A stretch of DNA of 64,000 nucleotides from an uncultured Acidimicrobiia bacterium (lineage in GTDB: Bacteria > Actinomycetota > Acidimicrobiia > Acidimicrobiales > AC-14), in assembly GCA_963836205.1 (NCBI GenBank), contig CAWIIV010000007.1, forward strand, positions 1 through 64,000. The letters run 5' to 3'. The position numbers were made by a program, and so were the translations under genes. Shown piece after piece: positions 44,868-53,262 of the stretch (the first letter of the stretch is position 1; each line of letters opens with the position of its first letter). The notes beneath the pieces were generated by a model. That model was not told the DNA's origin, did no database searches, and saw only the letters and a program-made list of their open reading frames with translations.

Positions 44868-45541
44868 TGCTGTCCTCCCGAATCAGGAATGGCCAGATCA
44901 GACTTCGCCTGGCGTTCGATAGCGATCAGGCGGTCGAGCCAGGAGATGTCGCGCTCCGCGGCCTCGGTGCCGTGATCGATCAGCGATTGCGTGTAGGTGT
45001 CCATGCGGTCCCGCCGGCCGCGGAGGCTGGTACGGGTGCGGTCCAGCCGGTCCTCCAGCTGGGCCCGCCGGCGTTCGAGCAGCCGAAGCCGCCGGTCGGG
45101 CGGCAAGAAGCGGCAGAACGCCAACTTGAGGTTGAACGACTTGTCGTCGTCGCCCACCGACTCGGCGTCGAGCAGCTCCTCGAAGAGCTGCTGGCCACGG
45201 TCGGTGATGGCGTAGACCTTGCGGGTGCGGGCGGAGCGGGGCTCGCTCCGCCGCGCGGCCGTGGCCGCTGCCCGTCGGGCGCGGAAGGCGGCCGCCTCGC
45301 CGGCGATGGAGCCGGTCATGGGGACGGCGGCCCGCAACGGGGCGTCGGGGGTGGTCGCCGTAGGCGCCGGGAAATCGACCGCCCGGACCGCCCCCGCCGT
45401 CTCCAGACGGTTGAGGGCCGGATAGAGCGAGCCGAAGGAAACGCTCGAGAACGGCCCGAGGGCCTCGGTGAGGCGCTTCTTCAGTTCGTACCCGTGGAGC
45501 TGCTGTTCCTTCAGCAGCCCCAGGACGGCCAACTCCAGCAA
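44864..45541 (-). CDS. PadR family regulator upstream of ino1
   Basis: [10 protein letters not shown]...[10 protein letters not shown]...SFGSLYPAL. Confidence 0.92.
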   Translation of the reverse strand: MLELAVLGLLKEQQLHGYELKKRLTEALGPFSSVSFGSLYPALNRLETAGAVRAVDFPAPTATTPDAPLRAAVPMTGSIAGEAAAFRARRAAATAARRSEPRSARTRKVYAITDRGQQLFEELLDAESVGDDDKSFNLKLAFCRFLPPDRRLRLLERRRAQLEDRLDRTRTSLRGRRDRMDTYTQSLIDHGTEAAERDISWLDRLIAIERQAKSDLAIPDSGGQQ

Positions 45542-45551
45542 CCTGAGTCCC

Positions 45552-45582
45552 CTTCCGATATATCGATCCGATATATCGGAAG
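45552..45582. promoter_or_regulatory. Double palindrome, putative PadR operator
   Basis: CTTCCGATATATCG-ATC-CGATATATCGGAAG, about 10 nt upstream of the PadR start. Confidence 0.75.
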
Positions 45583-45666
45583 CAAGTATGCCACGGTGCC
45601 GACGTTGTGCAACCCGCGGCCCGCCTACGGGCGCCACGCTCGGGACGGTCGCCGTCCTTGTCGTGC

Positions 45667-45749
45667 CCGGGCGGAGGCGGGCCGGGCGGAGGCGGGCCGG
45701 GCGGAGGCGGGCCGGGCGGAGGCGGGCCGGGCGGAGGCGGGCCGGGCGG
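45667..45749. repeat. Intergenic 15-bp tandem repeat CCGGGCGGAGGCGGG x5.5
   Basis: Five exact copies plus a partial copy. Confidence 0.93.
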
Positions 45750-45848
45750 TGCATGGCCCAACCGGCCGTGGCCCCGGCCCGTCACCGGTTCGACGGGGCG
45801 GACGACGCAAGCGGGGTCGTTCGCTACCCTGGCTGCGGTGAGGCGTTC

Positions 45849-46262
45849 GTGAGCTTCCGACCCGAATCGATCCGCGGCGCGGGCGCGTCTCCCGCGGGAC
45901 AGATCGACTACCGGCTGGTGCGACGGCACACCGTCGACGAGTTCCGCCGGGGCCGCCTCGGCCGGCGCGACATCTGCGACGCCCACCCCGAGCTCATGCG
46001 GGCCGCCCGGGGCATCGGCCGTCCGAGCCAACCGCTCGAGTGCCCCATCTGCGAGGAGTCGGCCCTGGTGCTCGTCTCCTTCGCCTTCGGGGCCAACCTC
46101 CCCCCGTCGGGCCGGGTCGTCGACACCCACAAGGAGATGACCAGGCTCTCCCGCCGGCGGGACGAGTGCACCTGCTACGTCGTCGAGGTGTGCCCCGAGT
46201 GCGCCTGGAACCACCTCGTCCGGGCCTTCCCCCTGGGCGGCCGCCGCACCGGCACCGGCTGA
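45849..46262 (+). CDS. DUF5318 family protein
   Basis: IDYRL.RR, DICDAHPELMRAA, CPIC, YVVEVC..C.WNHL; precedes PBP1. Confidence 0.88.
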   Translation: MSFRPESIRGAGASPAGQIDYRLVRRHTVDEFRRGRLGRRDICDAHPELMRAARGIGRPSQPLECPICEESALVLVSFAFGANLPPSGRVVDTHKEMTRLSRRRDECTCYVVEVCPECAWNHLVRAFPLGGRRTGTG

Positions 46263-46770
46263 GCCGACCCCCGAGGCCCATCGCCCGCCCCGGCGAGGGC
46301 CGATGCCCGTCGGGTTCACGACGCTTTTGACGCTCGAGGCGTTCCGATCGTCAGAATCGTCGTGAAACGGCGCGTTCAGGGCCCGATCACGACCATTTCG
46401 GCGCGTGATGCATTCGGATCGTCGGAATCGTCGTGAAGTTGCCTCTGAGGGCCCGGGTACCAACCCTCTCGGCAGGGAATGTTCGGGCCCGTCGCGAGGC
46501 CTGGCACCGGGCTGTCGACGGGCCTCATCCCACCAGCGAGAAGGTCGGCTGGGGCCGATTCTGGGCTCCGGGGCGCCTGCCTTGGTAGTCTTCGAGTCTC
46601 GTGCGCCCACCCGTAGCGCTGTCTCCGAGCCGCCATCGGCGGTCGTTCGGCCAATCGCGGCCGGGTCCGGCTGCCGCCGGCCGGGGCTCCCACGACCCCC
46701 GCGCCGCCACCGGTCTCGACCTCGACGAGACGGTAAGGCTTGGCCCCCCGGGCACCGTCGGAGCCCCGAT

Positions 46771-49700
46771 ATGAGCCAGCAGGCCACCGGGCCGCACCCG
46801 CCGCCGGGCCGTTCCCGTCCGGTCGGACCCGACCAGAACCCGGCCGCCGCCCGCAAGCGCCAGCGGGCCGCAGCCGCCGCCCGCCGGGGCACGGCCAACA
46901 CGCTCCGTCCCCGCGCCGGCCAACCCGCCCCCGATCCCCACCGTGCCCGCACCGCCGCCGGCGAAATCGCCGATTCCCTCGGGCCCCGTCCCGCCGCCGG
47001 CCAAGTCCCGGACCCCCGCAGGACTCGCACCGCCGCCGGCGAGGTCGCCGATTCTCGCGGCCGCCGTCCCGCCGCCGGCCAAGCCCCGGACCCCCGCCGG
47101 CTCCGCACCGGTCCACCACCGACCGCCCCCGGCCCGCAGCCGATAACCGCCCGCCCCGCGGCCATCGACAGCGTTGCCGACCCCCGCAGCGCCCCCGCCC
47201 CGCAGCCGATCTCGACCCGTCCCCCGGCAAGCCAGGGCGTCGCCGACCCCCGTATCGCCCCCGGCCCGCAGCCGGTAACGGCCCGTCCCGCGGCCGTCGA
47301 CAGCGATGCCGACCCCCGCACCGCTCCCGGCCCGCAGGCGATGGCGAGCCATCCGATCGCCCCGTCCCGGCCGCCGATCGCTCCCGGCCCCACCCGGCCC
47401 CTGCGCGGCCCGGCCGCGGCCGACCGCCGGCTGCCGGGGCCCGTCGCCCGTGGCGCCCGGGGGGGTGCGGCGCCGGGCCACCGGACCCCCCTACCCCGCC
47501 GGACGGCGGGCGTGGCCACCGGACCCCGTGGCCGTCCCGTCGCCCGTGGCGGCCGGTCCGGGTCGACCACCACCCGCCGATCACCGACCGGGCTCCTTGC
47601 TGGCGGCACCGGCGTCATCGACCCCCGCCAGACCAACGGCCACGGCGGCAACGGCCAAGGCAACGGCCACGGCGGCAACGGCGGTCGCCGGGGCCGGAGT
47701 CGCGGCAAGAAGGCCAGCTTCCTGTGGCGGTACCGGCGGGTGTGGTTCCTGTTCGGCGTCATGGTGGTCACCGCCCTGGCCGGAGCGGCGTGGGTGCTCA
47801 CCCAGGTCCCCCTCCCGCCCGAGGCCGCCCTGTCCCAGACGACGATCATCTACGACGCCACCGGCAACCAGATCGCCACCCTCCATGGCCAGGAGAACCG
47901 CTTCCCGGTCAAGCTCGACCAGGTTCCCGCCATCGTCCAGAGCGCGGTCGTGGCGGCCGAGGACCGCAAGTTCTTCCAGCACGGCGGCATCGACCCCCTC
48001 GGCATCGCCCGGGCCACCTGGGCCGACGTCCGCCACAAGGGCGCCACCCAGGGCGGATCCACCATCACCCAGCAGTACGTCAAGCAGGTCTACGTGGGCA
48101 GCGACCCCACCCTGTGGCGCAAGCTGCGGGAGGCGGTCATCGCCATCAAGCTCGAACGCAAGCTCGACAAGCGCCAGATCCTCGAGCGCTACCTCAACAC
48201 CGTCTACTTCGGGCGGGGCGCCTACGGCATCCAGGCCGCGTCCCGCACCTGGTTCGACAAGGACGTCAACCAGCTCGGACTGCAGGAGGCGGCATACCTG
48301 GTCGGGCTCATCCGATCACCCTCCGCGGGCGACGTCGTGGCCGACCCCGCCCTCGCCTACGAGCTGCGCACGTTCGTGCTCCAGGCCATGGTCGAGACCA
48401 AGGCCATCACCCCCGCCCAGATGGCCGAGGTGGAGGCCACCAAGCTCGAGTCCTACGTGGCCGAGCGCACCGAGCTCGACTCCGAAGTGGCCCTGCCCGG
48501 CATCGGCGCCGAGTACTACGTCCAGTACGTGCGCCAGCAGCTGGAGAAGTCGTACTCCGAGGACTTCGTCCTCCGCCAGGGCCTGCGGGTCCAGACCAGC
48601 CTCGACCCCGAGCTCCAGCGCCAGGCCTACGAGGCTGTCTACGGGCTGCTCGACGAGCCCGGCGATCCTGCCGGCGCCCTCGTCGCCATCAACCAGGACG
48701 GCCAGGTGGTGGCCATGGTCGGGGGACGGGACTGGGACCAGTCCGAGGTCAACCTGGCCGTCGGCGACGAGGGCGGAGGCTCCGGCCGCCAGGGCGGCTC
48801 CACCTTCAAGCCCTTCGCCCTGGCCGCCGCGGTCAAGGAGGGCTACAGCCTGGAGTCGTCGTTCCGGGGACCGGCCAAGATCATCCTCCCCAAGGCCGAC
48901 CGGGGCAACGACTGGGAGGTCACCAACTACGAGGGGGCCTCCTTCGGACAGGTGAACCTCATCGACGCCACCGTCGACTCGGTGAACACCGTGTACGCCC
49001 AGCTGGTCGACAGCCTCGGGCCGGCCGCGGTCGTCGACACGGCCAAGCAGCTCGGCATCATCTCCGACCTCGAACCGGTGGCCTCCATCGCCCTCGGCAC
49101 CCAGAACGTGTCGGTCCTGGAGATGGCCAACGCCTACTCCACCCTGGCGCGGGGCGGGGTCCGCTACGAGCCCCAGGTGATCACCAAGGTCACCATGAAC
49201 GACACTGTCCTGCCCGACACCCGGCCCAAGGGGGTGCGGGTGCTCGAGAAGTCCCAGGCCGACCAGGTCAACTTCGCCCTCGAACAGGTGGTGGCCCGGG
49301 GCTCGGGCACCGGCGCCCAGATCAAGAACACCAAGGTCAAGGGCAAGACCGGCACCACCGAGGACTTCGGCGACGCCTGGTTCGTCGGCTCCACCCGCTC
49401 CCTCACGGTGGCGGTGTGGATGGGCTATCCCGAGGGCCAGAGCCAGCAGCTGCTCGACGTCCACGGGGTGCGGAAGGTGAACGGCGGCTCGCTGCCGGCC
49501 CGCATCTTCCAGCGCTTCCTGAGCGGCCTGCCCCCGGAGAACGACGACACCGCCACCGCCGCCCCCGAGTTCGAGGGTCGGGCGCTCACGCCCATCATCC
49601 GCTACACGACCCCATCGGCCACCGTCCCCGAACCGGAGCCCACCGTCACCAGCGTTCCCGACGGCTCCGTCACCCTGAGCGCACCGACCACCACGGTGGC

Positions 49701-49878
49701 GGAGGCCACCGGGGGCGACGATCCGGGTGAGGCAACCGCCGACGGCGACGCCTCGTCCACCGCCAACATCGACTCCGAGGCCACGGTCGACACCACCCCG
49801 GCCACCACCAGACCACCGCGCACCAACACCTCGCCGACGTTCACCCTGCCGCCCGGCGTGACCCTTCCCGGGGGATAG
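46771..49878 (+). CDS. Class A penicillin-binding protein (PonA-like) with repeat-rich cytoplasmic N-terminus
   Basis: EDRKFFQHGG, GGSTITQQY, RKLRE, YLN.VYFGRG; STFK, SVN, KTGT. Confidence 0.93.
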   Translation: MSQQATGPHPPPGRSRPVGPDQNPAAARKRQRAAAAARRGTANTLRPRAGQPAPDPHRARTAAGEIADSLGPRPAAGQVPDPRRTRTAAGEVADSRGRRPAAGQAPDPRRLRTGPPPTAPGPQPITARPAAIDSVADPRSAPAPQPISTRPPASQGVADPRIAPGPQPVTARPAAVDSDADPRTAPGPQAMASHPIAPSRPPIAPGPTRPLRGPAAADRRLPGPVARGARGGAAPGHRTPLPRRTAGVATGPRGRPVARGGRSGSTTTRRSPTGLLAGGTGVIDPRQTNGHGGNGQGNGHGGNGGRRGRSRGKKASFLWRYRRVWFLFGVMVVTALAGAAWVLTQVPLPPEAALSQTTIIYDATGNQIATLHGQENRFPVKLDQVPAIVQSAVVAAEDRKFFQHGGIDPLGIARATWADVRHKGATQGGSTITQQYVKQVYVGSDPTLWRKLREAVIAIKLERKLDKRQILERYLNTVYFGRGAYGIQAASRTWFDKDVNQLGLQEAAYLVGLIRSPSAGDVVADPALAYELRTFVLQAMVETKAITPAQMAEVEATKLESYVAERTELDSEVALPGIGAEYYVQYVRQQLEKSYSEDFVLRQGLRVQTSLDPELQRQAYEAVYGLLDEPGDPAGALVAINQDGQVVAMVGGRDWDQSEVNLAVGDEGGGSGRQGGSTFKPFALAAAVKEGYSLESSFRGPAKIILPKADRGNDWEVTNYEGASFGQVNLIDATVDSVNTVYAQLVDSLGPAAVVDTAKQLGIISDLEPVASIALGTQNVSVLEMANAYSTLARGGVRYEPQVITKVTMNDTVLPDTRPKGVRVLEKSQADQVNFALEQVVARGSGTGAQIKNTKVKGKTGTTEDFGDAWFVGSTRSLTVAVWMGYPEGQSQQLLDVHGVRKVNGGSLPARIFQRFLSGLPPENDDTATAAPEFEGRALTPIIRYTTPSATVPEPEPTVTSVPDGSVTLSAPTTTVAEATGGDDPGEATADGDASSTANIDSEATVDTTPATTRPPRTNTSPTFTLPPGVTLPGG

Positions 49879-49933
49879 AATCGGGGCGCCGCCGGCAGGC
49901 TTGGGCCGCCGGACGGAAGGAGGTAGCACCGCC

Positions 49934-50803
49934 ATGGCTCCTGCGTCCCTGCACGTCACCGTCCCCGCCCTCCGGTCCCGCAAGGGAGGGACGCCCCTGG
50001 TGATGGTCACCGCCTACGACGCGCCCACCGCCCGGGTGGCCGACGAGGCCGGCGTCGAGATCGTGCTCGTGGGCGACTCGGTGGCCATGGTGGTCCTCGG
50101 CTACGACGACACCCTCCAGGTCACCGTCGACGACATGGCCCGCCACGTGGCCGCGGTCGCCCGCACCCACCCCCGTCCCCTGGTGGTGGCCGACCTGCCG
50201 TGGATGAGCTACCACGTGTCGCCGGAAGACACGGTCCGCAACGCGGCGGTGCTCGTGCGGGCGGGGGCGGGGGCGGTGAAGCTGGAGGGCGGACGGCGGC
50301 GCCTGCCCGTGATCGACGCCCTCCTCGGCGCCGAGATCCCGGTGATGGGCCACCTCGGGCTGACGCCGCAGTCGGTGCACATGATGGGCGGCTACCGGGT
50401 CCAGGGCCAGCAGGTCGAGGCGGCGGCCGGCCTGATCGACGACGCGGTGGCGCTGGCCGAGGCCGGCTGCTTCGCCATCGTGCTGGAGTGCGTCCCCCGG
50501 GAGGTGGCGGCGGCGGTGACGGCGGCCGTGCCGGTGCCCACCATCGGCATCGGGGCCGGTCCCGACTGCGACGGCCAAGTGCTGGTGTTCCACGACCTGG
50601 TCGGGTTGGAGGACCGGGTGCTGCCCAAGTTCGTGCGCCGCTACGGGTCGCTGCGGGCCGACGCGGTGGCGGCGGTGGCCGCCTTCGGCGCCGACGTGCG
50701 CGCCGGGCGCTTCCCGTCCGACGACGAGAGCTACCACCTGTCGGCCGAGGTCGCCGCCGCCCTGGGGACGGCGCCGCCGTCGTCGGCGTCGCGCAGCGCG
50801 TGA
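49934..50803 (+). CDS. panB: 3-methyl-2-oxobutanoate hydroxymethyltransferase
   Basis: TAYD, LVGDS, VKLEGG, GHLGLTPQS, IGIGAG..CDGQVLV.HD. Confidence 0.96.
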   Translation: MAPASLHVTVPALRSRKGGTPLVMVTAYDAPTARVADEAGVEIVLVGDSVAMVVLGYDDTLQVTVDDMARHVAAVARTHPRPLVVADLPWMSYHVSPEDTVRNAAVLVRAGAGAVKLEGGRRRLPVIDALLGAEIPVMGHLGLTPQSVHMMGGYRVQGQQVEAAAGLIDDAVALAEAGCFAIVLECVPREVAAAVTAAVPVPTIGIGAGPDCDGQVLVFHDLVGLEDRVLPKFVRRYGSLRADAVAAVAAFGADVRAGRFPSDDESYHLSAEVAAALGTAPPSSASRSA

Positions 50804-51384
50804 CCCCCTACACCCGGCGAGCGCTGAACTGGGGGCTCCCCATCCTGGCCGTGCTGGCCATCGTCGGCTTCGTGCTCGCCGGTGCCGACGGGCCGCCCAA
50901 CCCCTCCTTCCGCCTCGGACCGCCGGGGGCGGCGCCCGACACCACCTCCCAGGTGCGGAGCCGGGTGAGCGGGTTCGGGGAGATCACGTTCCGGGTCGAC
51001 ACCACCGGGGTGCTCTTCGGCGGGGGGTCGGTGTCGGCCGCCCGCTGCGCCCTGCTGGCGGCCACGGCCGAGCAGCAGAGCCAGGGGCTGATGGGACGCA
51101 CCGACCTGTCCGGCTACGACGCCATGCTGTTCCGCTTCGAGCGCGACACCCAGTCCGAGTTCTACATGAAGGACACGCTCATCCCGCTGTCCATCGCCTG
51201 GTTCGACGGCGAGGGCCGGTTCATCTCGGCGACCGACATGCCGCCGTGCGGCGACGAGGATCCGTGCCCGACCTACGGGGCCGAGGCCGCCTACCGCTAC
51301 GCCCTCGAGGTGACGGAGGGCGACCTCCCGTCGCTCGGCATCGGCCCCGGCACCCGCCTGGTCATCGGCGAGGAGACCTGCTGA
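50800..51384 (+). CDS. DUF192 family protein
   Basis: QGLMGR, MLF.F, FYMKDTLIPLSIAWFD, YALEV. Confidence 0.9.
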   Translation: MTPYTRRALNWGLPILAVLAIVGFVLAGADGPPNPSFRLGPPGAAPDTTSQVRSRVSGFGEITFRVDTTGVLFGGGSVSAARCALLAATAEQQSQGLMGRTDLSGYDAMLFRFERDTQSEFYMKDTLIPLSIAWFDGEGRFISATDMPPCGDEDPCPTYGAEAAYRYALEVTEGDLPSLGIGPGTRLVIGEETC

Positions 51385-51564
51385 CCGCCTGACAGCGGCC
51401 CCCCAGCCGACGGACCGCCGCCCCGGCTCGTTGTCTCACCCCTTTGCCAAGCTGTGGGTGTGGACGGGTACCATGGACGTTTTCACCCCACACCCTGCCC
51501 CCGGAACCGTCCGCGGGGCCCTGCGCGTCACCACGCCAGGTCCAGAGGGAGGCAGTGCGCAGAC

Positions 51565-51960
51565 ATGCGACCCTACGAGGTCATGATCATCATCGACCCC
51601 GGCCTTGACGACGACGTCATCCGGGCCGAGGTCGACCGAGCGGTGGAGCTCATCCGCTCCCGGGGCGGCACCCCCGGGCGGGTCGATCGCTGGGGCCGGC
51701 GGCGCCTGGCCTACGAGATCGCACACAAGCGGGAGGGCTACTACGTCCTGCTGGAGGCCACCGCCGAGCCGGCAGTGATGGCCGAGCTCGACCGCACCCT
51801 CCACCTGGCCGACGCCGTGATCCGGCACAAGGTCATTCGACAGCCCGACCGCCCCGCCGGGAAGGCCCGGCCCGCTTCGACGGCCTCCGCACCGGAGGCC
51901 TCCTCTCTCGCCGCCGAGACGGCTGCAGTAGCACCCCGCACCGACGCGAACGGAGCGTAA
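51565..51960 (+). CDS. rpsF: 30S ribosomal protein S6
   Basis: MRPYEVMII.DP, WGRRRLAYEI, EGYY. Confidence 0.96.
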   Translation: MRPYEVMIIIDPGLDDDVIRAEVDRAVELIRSRGGTPGRVDRWGRRRLAYEIAHKREGYYVLLEATAEPAVMAELDRTLHLADAVIRHKVIRQPDRPAGKARPASTASAPEASSLAAETAAVAPRTDANGA

Positions 51961-51966
51961 AGAGAG

Positions 51967-52575
51967 ATGTCCAACGGAAACAGCGTCACCCTTGTCGGCA
52001 ACGTCACGCGCGACCCCGAGTTGCGCTTCACCCCCAGCGGCCAGGCCAACGCCTCCTTCGGCCTGGCCGTCAACCGCATCTGGAACGACCGCCAGACCAA
52101 CGAGCGCAAGGAGGCGGTGTCGTTCTTCGACGTCGTCTGCTGGCGGGAGATGGCCGAGAACGTGAGCGAGTCGATCACCAAGGGCGCCCGCGTGCTCGTC
52201 ACCGGCCGCCTCGAGCAGCGCAGTTGGGACGGCGCCGACGGCGAGCGGCGTTCGAAGATCGAGATCATCGCCGACGAGATCGGCCCCAGCCTGCGGTGGG
52301 CCACGGCCGAGGTCCGCAAGAACGACCGGCGGGGCCCGGCCGACGGCGGCGGTGGCGGCGGCCAAGGCGGTGGCGGCTACGGCGGCGGCCAGGGAGGCGG
52401 CTACGGCGGTGGCGGCCAAGGCGGTGGCGGCCAAGGCGGTGGCGGCCAAGGCGGCGGCCAGGGCGGCCAAGGTGGGCAGGCTCCTGCCGGCGGCCAGGGG
52501 GCGGGCAGCTACACCCCGGCGGCGCCGGCCCCGTCCGGCGGGCAGTCGTACGACTACGGGGAGGAACCCTTCTAG
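51967..52575 (+). CDS. ssb: Single-stranded DNA-binding protein
   Basis: VTLVGNVTRDPELRFTPSG, Gly-rich linker, C-terminal EEPF. Confidence 0.97.
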   Translation: MSNGNSVTLVGNVTRDPELRFTPSGQANASFGLAVNRIWNDRQTNERKEAVSFFDVVCWREMAENVSESITKGARVLVTGRLEQRSWDGADGERRSKIEIIADEIGPSLRWATAEVRKNDRRGPADGGGGGGQGGGGYGGGQGGGYGGGGQGGGGQGGGGQGGGQGGQGGQAPAGGQGAGSYTPAAPAPSGGQSYDYGEEPF

Positions 52576-53021
52576 TGAAGATCATCCTGCGGGCCGACGT
52601 GTCCAACGTCGGCAAGAAGGGCGACGTGGTCGACGTCTCCGAGGGGTACGCCCGCAACTACCTGGTCGCCAAGGGGCTGGGCCTCAAGGCCACCGACGGC
52701 GCCGTGGCCCAGGCCGCGGCCATGCGCCGCTCCCGCGACCTCAAGGACGCCCGCGACCGGGAGTCGGCCGAGAAGCTGGCCCGGGCCCTGGTGCCCGTCG
52801 TCATCCGCATCCCGGCCAAGTCCGGCAGCGAGGGCCGGCTGTTCGGATCGGTCACCGCCAACGACATCGTGGCTGCCATCCAGACCCAGACCGGCGCCGC
52901 CCTCGACCGCCGCCGCCTCCACCTCGACGACCCGATCAAGGCTCTCGGCGTGCACGAGATCCCCGTCCGCCTGCACCCCGAGGTGGAGTTCCGGGTCACG
53001 GTGGAGGTCGTCCCGCAGTAG
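52575..53021 (+). CDS. rplI: 50S ribosomal protein L9
   Basis: MKIILRADVSNVGKKGDVVDVSEGYARNYL, GRLFGSVT. Confidence 0.96.
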   Translation: MKIILRADVSNVGKKGDVVDVSEGYARNYLVAKGLGLKATDGAVAQAAAMRRSRDLKDARDRESAEKLARALVPVVIRIPAKSGSEGRLFGSVTANDIVAAIQTQTGAALDRRRLHLDDPIKALGVHEIPVRLHPEVEFRVTVEVVPQ

Positions 53022-53130
53022 CCGCCCGCCTCCCCGCCCAGGCTCCCGGCCGGGCGGGCTCGGCCTCCTTCGGCGCGCCCGATCACCCGGAGAGAGGGTG
53101 TTCGACTCCGGCCGGGATGTGGGTAGACTA

Positions 53131-53144
53131 CGAACGTATGTTCG
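53131..53144. promoter_or_regulatory. LexA (SOS) box upstream of dnaB
   Basis: CGAACGTATGTTCG matches Gram-positive CGAAC-N4-GTTCG. Confidence 0.85.
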
Positions 53145-53163
53145 CACCGGGCGACATCCGACT

Positions 53164-53172
53164 TGTGGACAA
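53164..53172 (-). promoter_or_regulatory. DnaA box upstream of dnaB
   Basis: TGTGGACAA, the reverse complement of TTGTCCACA. Confidence 0.65.
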
Positions 53173-53262
53173 CCCGTCGTTGTCCGCCCCTTCCTCCCCG
53201 CGAAATCCCGAGGTTTGCGCGCTTACGACCAACAGCCGTTTCGGGGGATGGTGAACCCCTTC

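Noticed and set aside
52345-52500. GGCGGCCAAGGCGGT repeats
   Set aside because: Ordinary Gly/Gln-rich SSB linker
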